From the human T2T-CHM13v2.0 reference genome, Homo sapiens: a stretch of DNA of 64,000 nt. The stretch lies in NCBI RefSeq assembly GCF_009914755.1, contig NC_060928.1. The stretch is one strand, 5' to 3'. The position numbers were made by a program, and so were the translations under genes. Below are positions 61,560 through 64,000 of the stretch, one piece after another (position 1 is the first letter of the stretch; the number at the start of each line of letters is the position of its first letter). Below the pieces are notes generated by a model. That model ran no database searches and had not been told where the DNA came from. It saw nothing but the letters and a program-made list of their open reading frames with translations.

Positions 61560-62009
61560 TAACCATAGTTTAATTTGGTTATAGTATAAGCAATGAAGTA
61601 AAGCCAGATGGAAAGGGCTTTGTGTCTTGACTCTTCCATGTGATTTGTTCAATGATGATCAGTTACTCGGGAACTACCAAGATACCAGTGTAGAAAGAAG
61701 AGCAAAGTAAGTTATTTTAACAGAATTTTAGTGGAACTGATAGAACATGGAGTGGGTAGAATTAGAAACAGCATTTCTAGTATATAGGTCTCTGTGTTTT
61801 TCATAGAATGTAAGAATTTTCCCTAAAGATGATACTGTTGATGGTGATGTATTGAAAGACACATTTTATATGGGCTGTGATATTTAAATGGAAATCTGAA
61901 TTGACATTAATATGGATTTATTTTTAAATTGTATGCTGAAGGATACTGGAGCATGGGCCATAGAAAAATTTTTAGCTTTTCTGAAAATAAAGCCAGAATA
62001 AAAAGTTTT

Positions 62010-64000
62010 CTACAAGAGTTTTTGTGGAGATATGTTTTTATTAATCTTGCATAAATACTTTGGTGTGGGAATTGCTGGGGTATGGTATATGTATGTTTGA
62101 CTTCTCAGGCAATTAAGGTTACAAAGTAATTTTACCCTCCCATCAGCAGTGTATGAGAGTTCTATTTGCTCCACTTCCTTACTAACCTTTGGTTATGTTA
62201 CTCTTTTTCATTTTAGCCAATTTTGACTAGAGATGTTGAGCACTTCTTCCTGTGCTTATTGGCCATTTATGTTTCTTCTGTCATGAAGTGTCTATTAAAA
62301 TCTCCTGCCCATTTAAAAATTGTGTTGTTGATCTTTTTGTTACTCAATTGTAGGAATTATTTAGAAACAAATCATTTACCGGATATAATAATAGTGAATA
62401 TTTTCTCTGATCTGTGGCTTGCCTATCTTTTTCTTCAGTGTCTTTTGATGAGAAGAACATTTTAACTTGAGGTTGAATTTATCAGTTTAAAAACATTTTA
62501 TTAAGGGCTTCTTGCACCAAGAAATATTTTTTTTACTCTATGGTTTTGAAGAAATTTTCTGATGTTTTCTTTTAAAGCTTTATAATTAGTCCATGACTCA
62601 TGAAGATTTTTGGGGTATATATGGTGTGAGACATGAGGGTTGAGGTTTGTTTATTTTTTCCCCAGGTGAATAGCCAGTATTTCCATCACCATTTATTGAT
62701 AGACTTGCCTCTCATTTAATTGTTTTGGCACCTTCTAAAAAATCACTTGACTGTGCATCTGTAGGTCTATTTCTAGATTCTCTACTCTGTTGCATCTCTT
62801 TGTCTGTTCTTTTGCCAGTAACACACTTACCTTGATTACTGTGTCATTAGTCAGGTGGCACAAGTCCTCTGTTCTTTTTAAAACAATTTTGGCTATTGTA
62901 GGTCCTTGGTGTTTCCATATAAATTTTAGAATTAATTTATTTTTATAAGAAAACCCCCAAAACCCATAGGTCAATATTGTGAATATAGAACCTTACAGTT
63001 CATGAACTTGATTTTCCATTTATTTAGACTTTCCATTTATCCCAGTAATGTTTTACAGTTTTCAGCATAGAAGTCATGGGCATTTTTTTTTTGGTGTTAA
63101 ATTTTCCTAAATATTTTATGTTTCTGCATGATAATTTAAAATATTTGTTTTACCTTTAATTTCCAACTGGTCACTATTAGCATGTAGAAACATACTTGGT
63201 TTTTGTATCTTACAATATTGCTAAGTGCACTTATTCTGTTAGTTCTGGCAGTTTCTTTAGGATTTTTAAATGTACACAGTGATTTTATATGTGACAAAAA
63301 CAGCCTTAGGGCCAGGCATGGTGGTTGACACCTGTAATCCCAGCACTTTAGAAAGCTGAGGCAGGAAGATCACTTGAGCTCAGGGTTAGAGACCAGCCTA
63401 GGCAATGTAATGAGATAATGAGACCCTGTCTCAAAAAAAAAAAAAAAAAAAAAAAATTAGCCAGGTATGGTGGTATGTGCCTGTAGTCCCAGCTACTCAG
63501 GAGGCTGAGGTGGGAAGACAGTTTGAGCCCAGGAGGTTCAAAGCTGCAGTGAGCCATAATCGTGTCACTGTACTACAGCCTGGGCAACAGAGAGAGACCC
63601 TGTCTCAAAAAAAAAAAAAAGACAGCTTTATTTCTTCCTTTCCAATCTGTATGCTTTTTATTTCTTTTACTTGCCTGCCTACACTGCCTGAGATTGCCTG
63701 TAAAACGTTTGGCAGAAGTGGTGTTATTGGCCATCTTGCCTTGTTCCTGATCTTAGTAGGAAAAGTGTTCATTATTTAAAGTGTAACATTAGCTGAAAAT
63801 TGCTTGTAGATGCCCTTTTCATTTTGAGGAAGTTTTTATTCCCAGTTTTAAGCATGAATTGGTTGGAATTTTGACAAAATGTTTCTCAGTGTCTCTTGAA
63901 ATGATCATTAAATATGTTTCTTTAATCTTTGGATGTGAATTACACTGAATTTTGTAAGTTAACCTCACATTTCTGAGATTAAACTCTACTTGGTCATGAT
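62010..64000 (-). mobile_element. old L1M (L1ME-like) ORF2 region with nested Alu, runs off the window
   Basis: KLILKFIWK remnant in ORF 62735..62974; gatgttgagcacttcttcctgtgcttattggcc. Confidence 0.8.
63310..63620 (+). mobile_element. AluJ with long A linker
   Basis: TSD aaaacagcctta / aagacagcttta. Confidence 0.88.

Overview
Primate (human-like) genomic DNA from inside one large + strand gene, recognised from its translation as ARHGAP10 (GRAF2; BAR-PH-RhoGAP-SH3). Seven GT-AG coding exons (72, 102, 111, 105, 130, 107, 95 nt; probably exons 4-10, about residues 105-345) splice into one open frame covering the C-terminal BAR domain and most of the PH domain. The rest is intron, rich in Alu, L1, L2, MIR, solo LTRs (THE1, LTR12, MER52, LTR33-like), DNA transposons (MER58, MER6, Tigger, MER1, MER20) and microsatellites. 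There are no prokaryotic-type systems and no rRNA, tRNA or CRISPR. Almost all ORF-track entries are repeat-derived noise. I see no clearly new biological system. The best leads are a composite Alu insertion resembling an Alu-mediated 3' transduction, inverted Alus flanking exons 5-10 (650-nt circRNA with a predicted basic junction tail), a sense LTR12 promoter, tandem CTCF motifs after exon 7, and several template-switch scars. Repeat family names and exon numbers come from memory of consensus sequences, not from a search.
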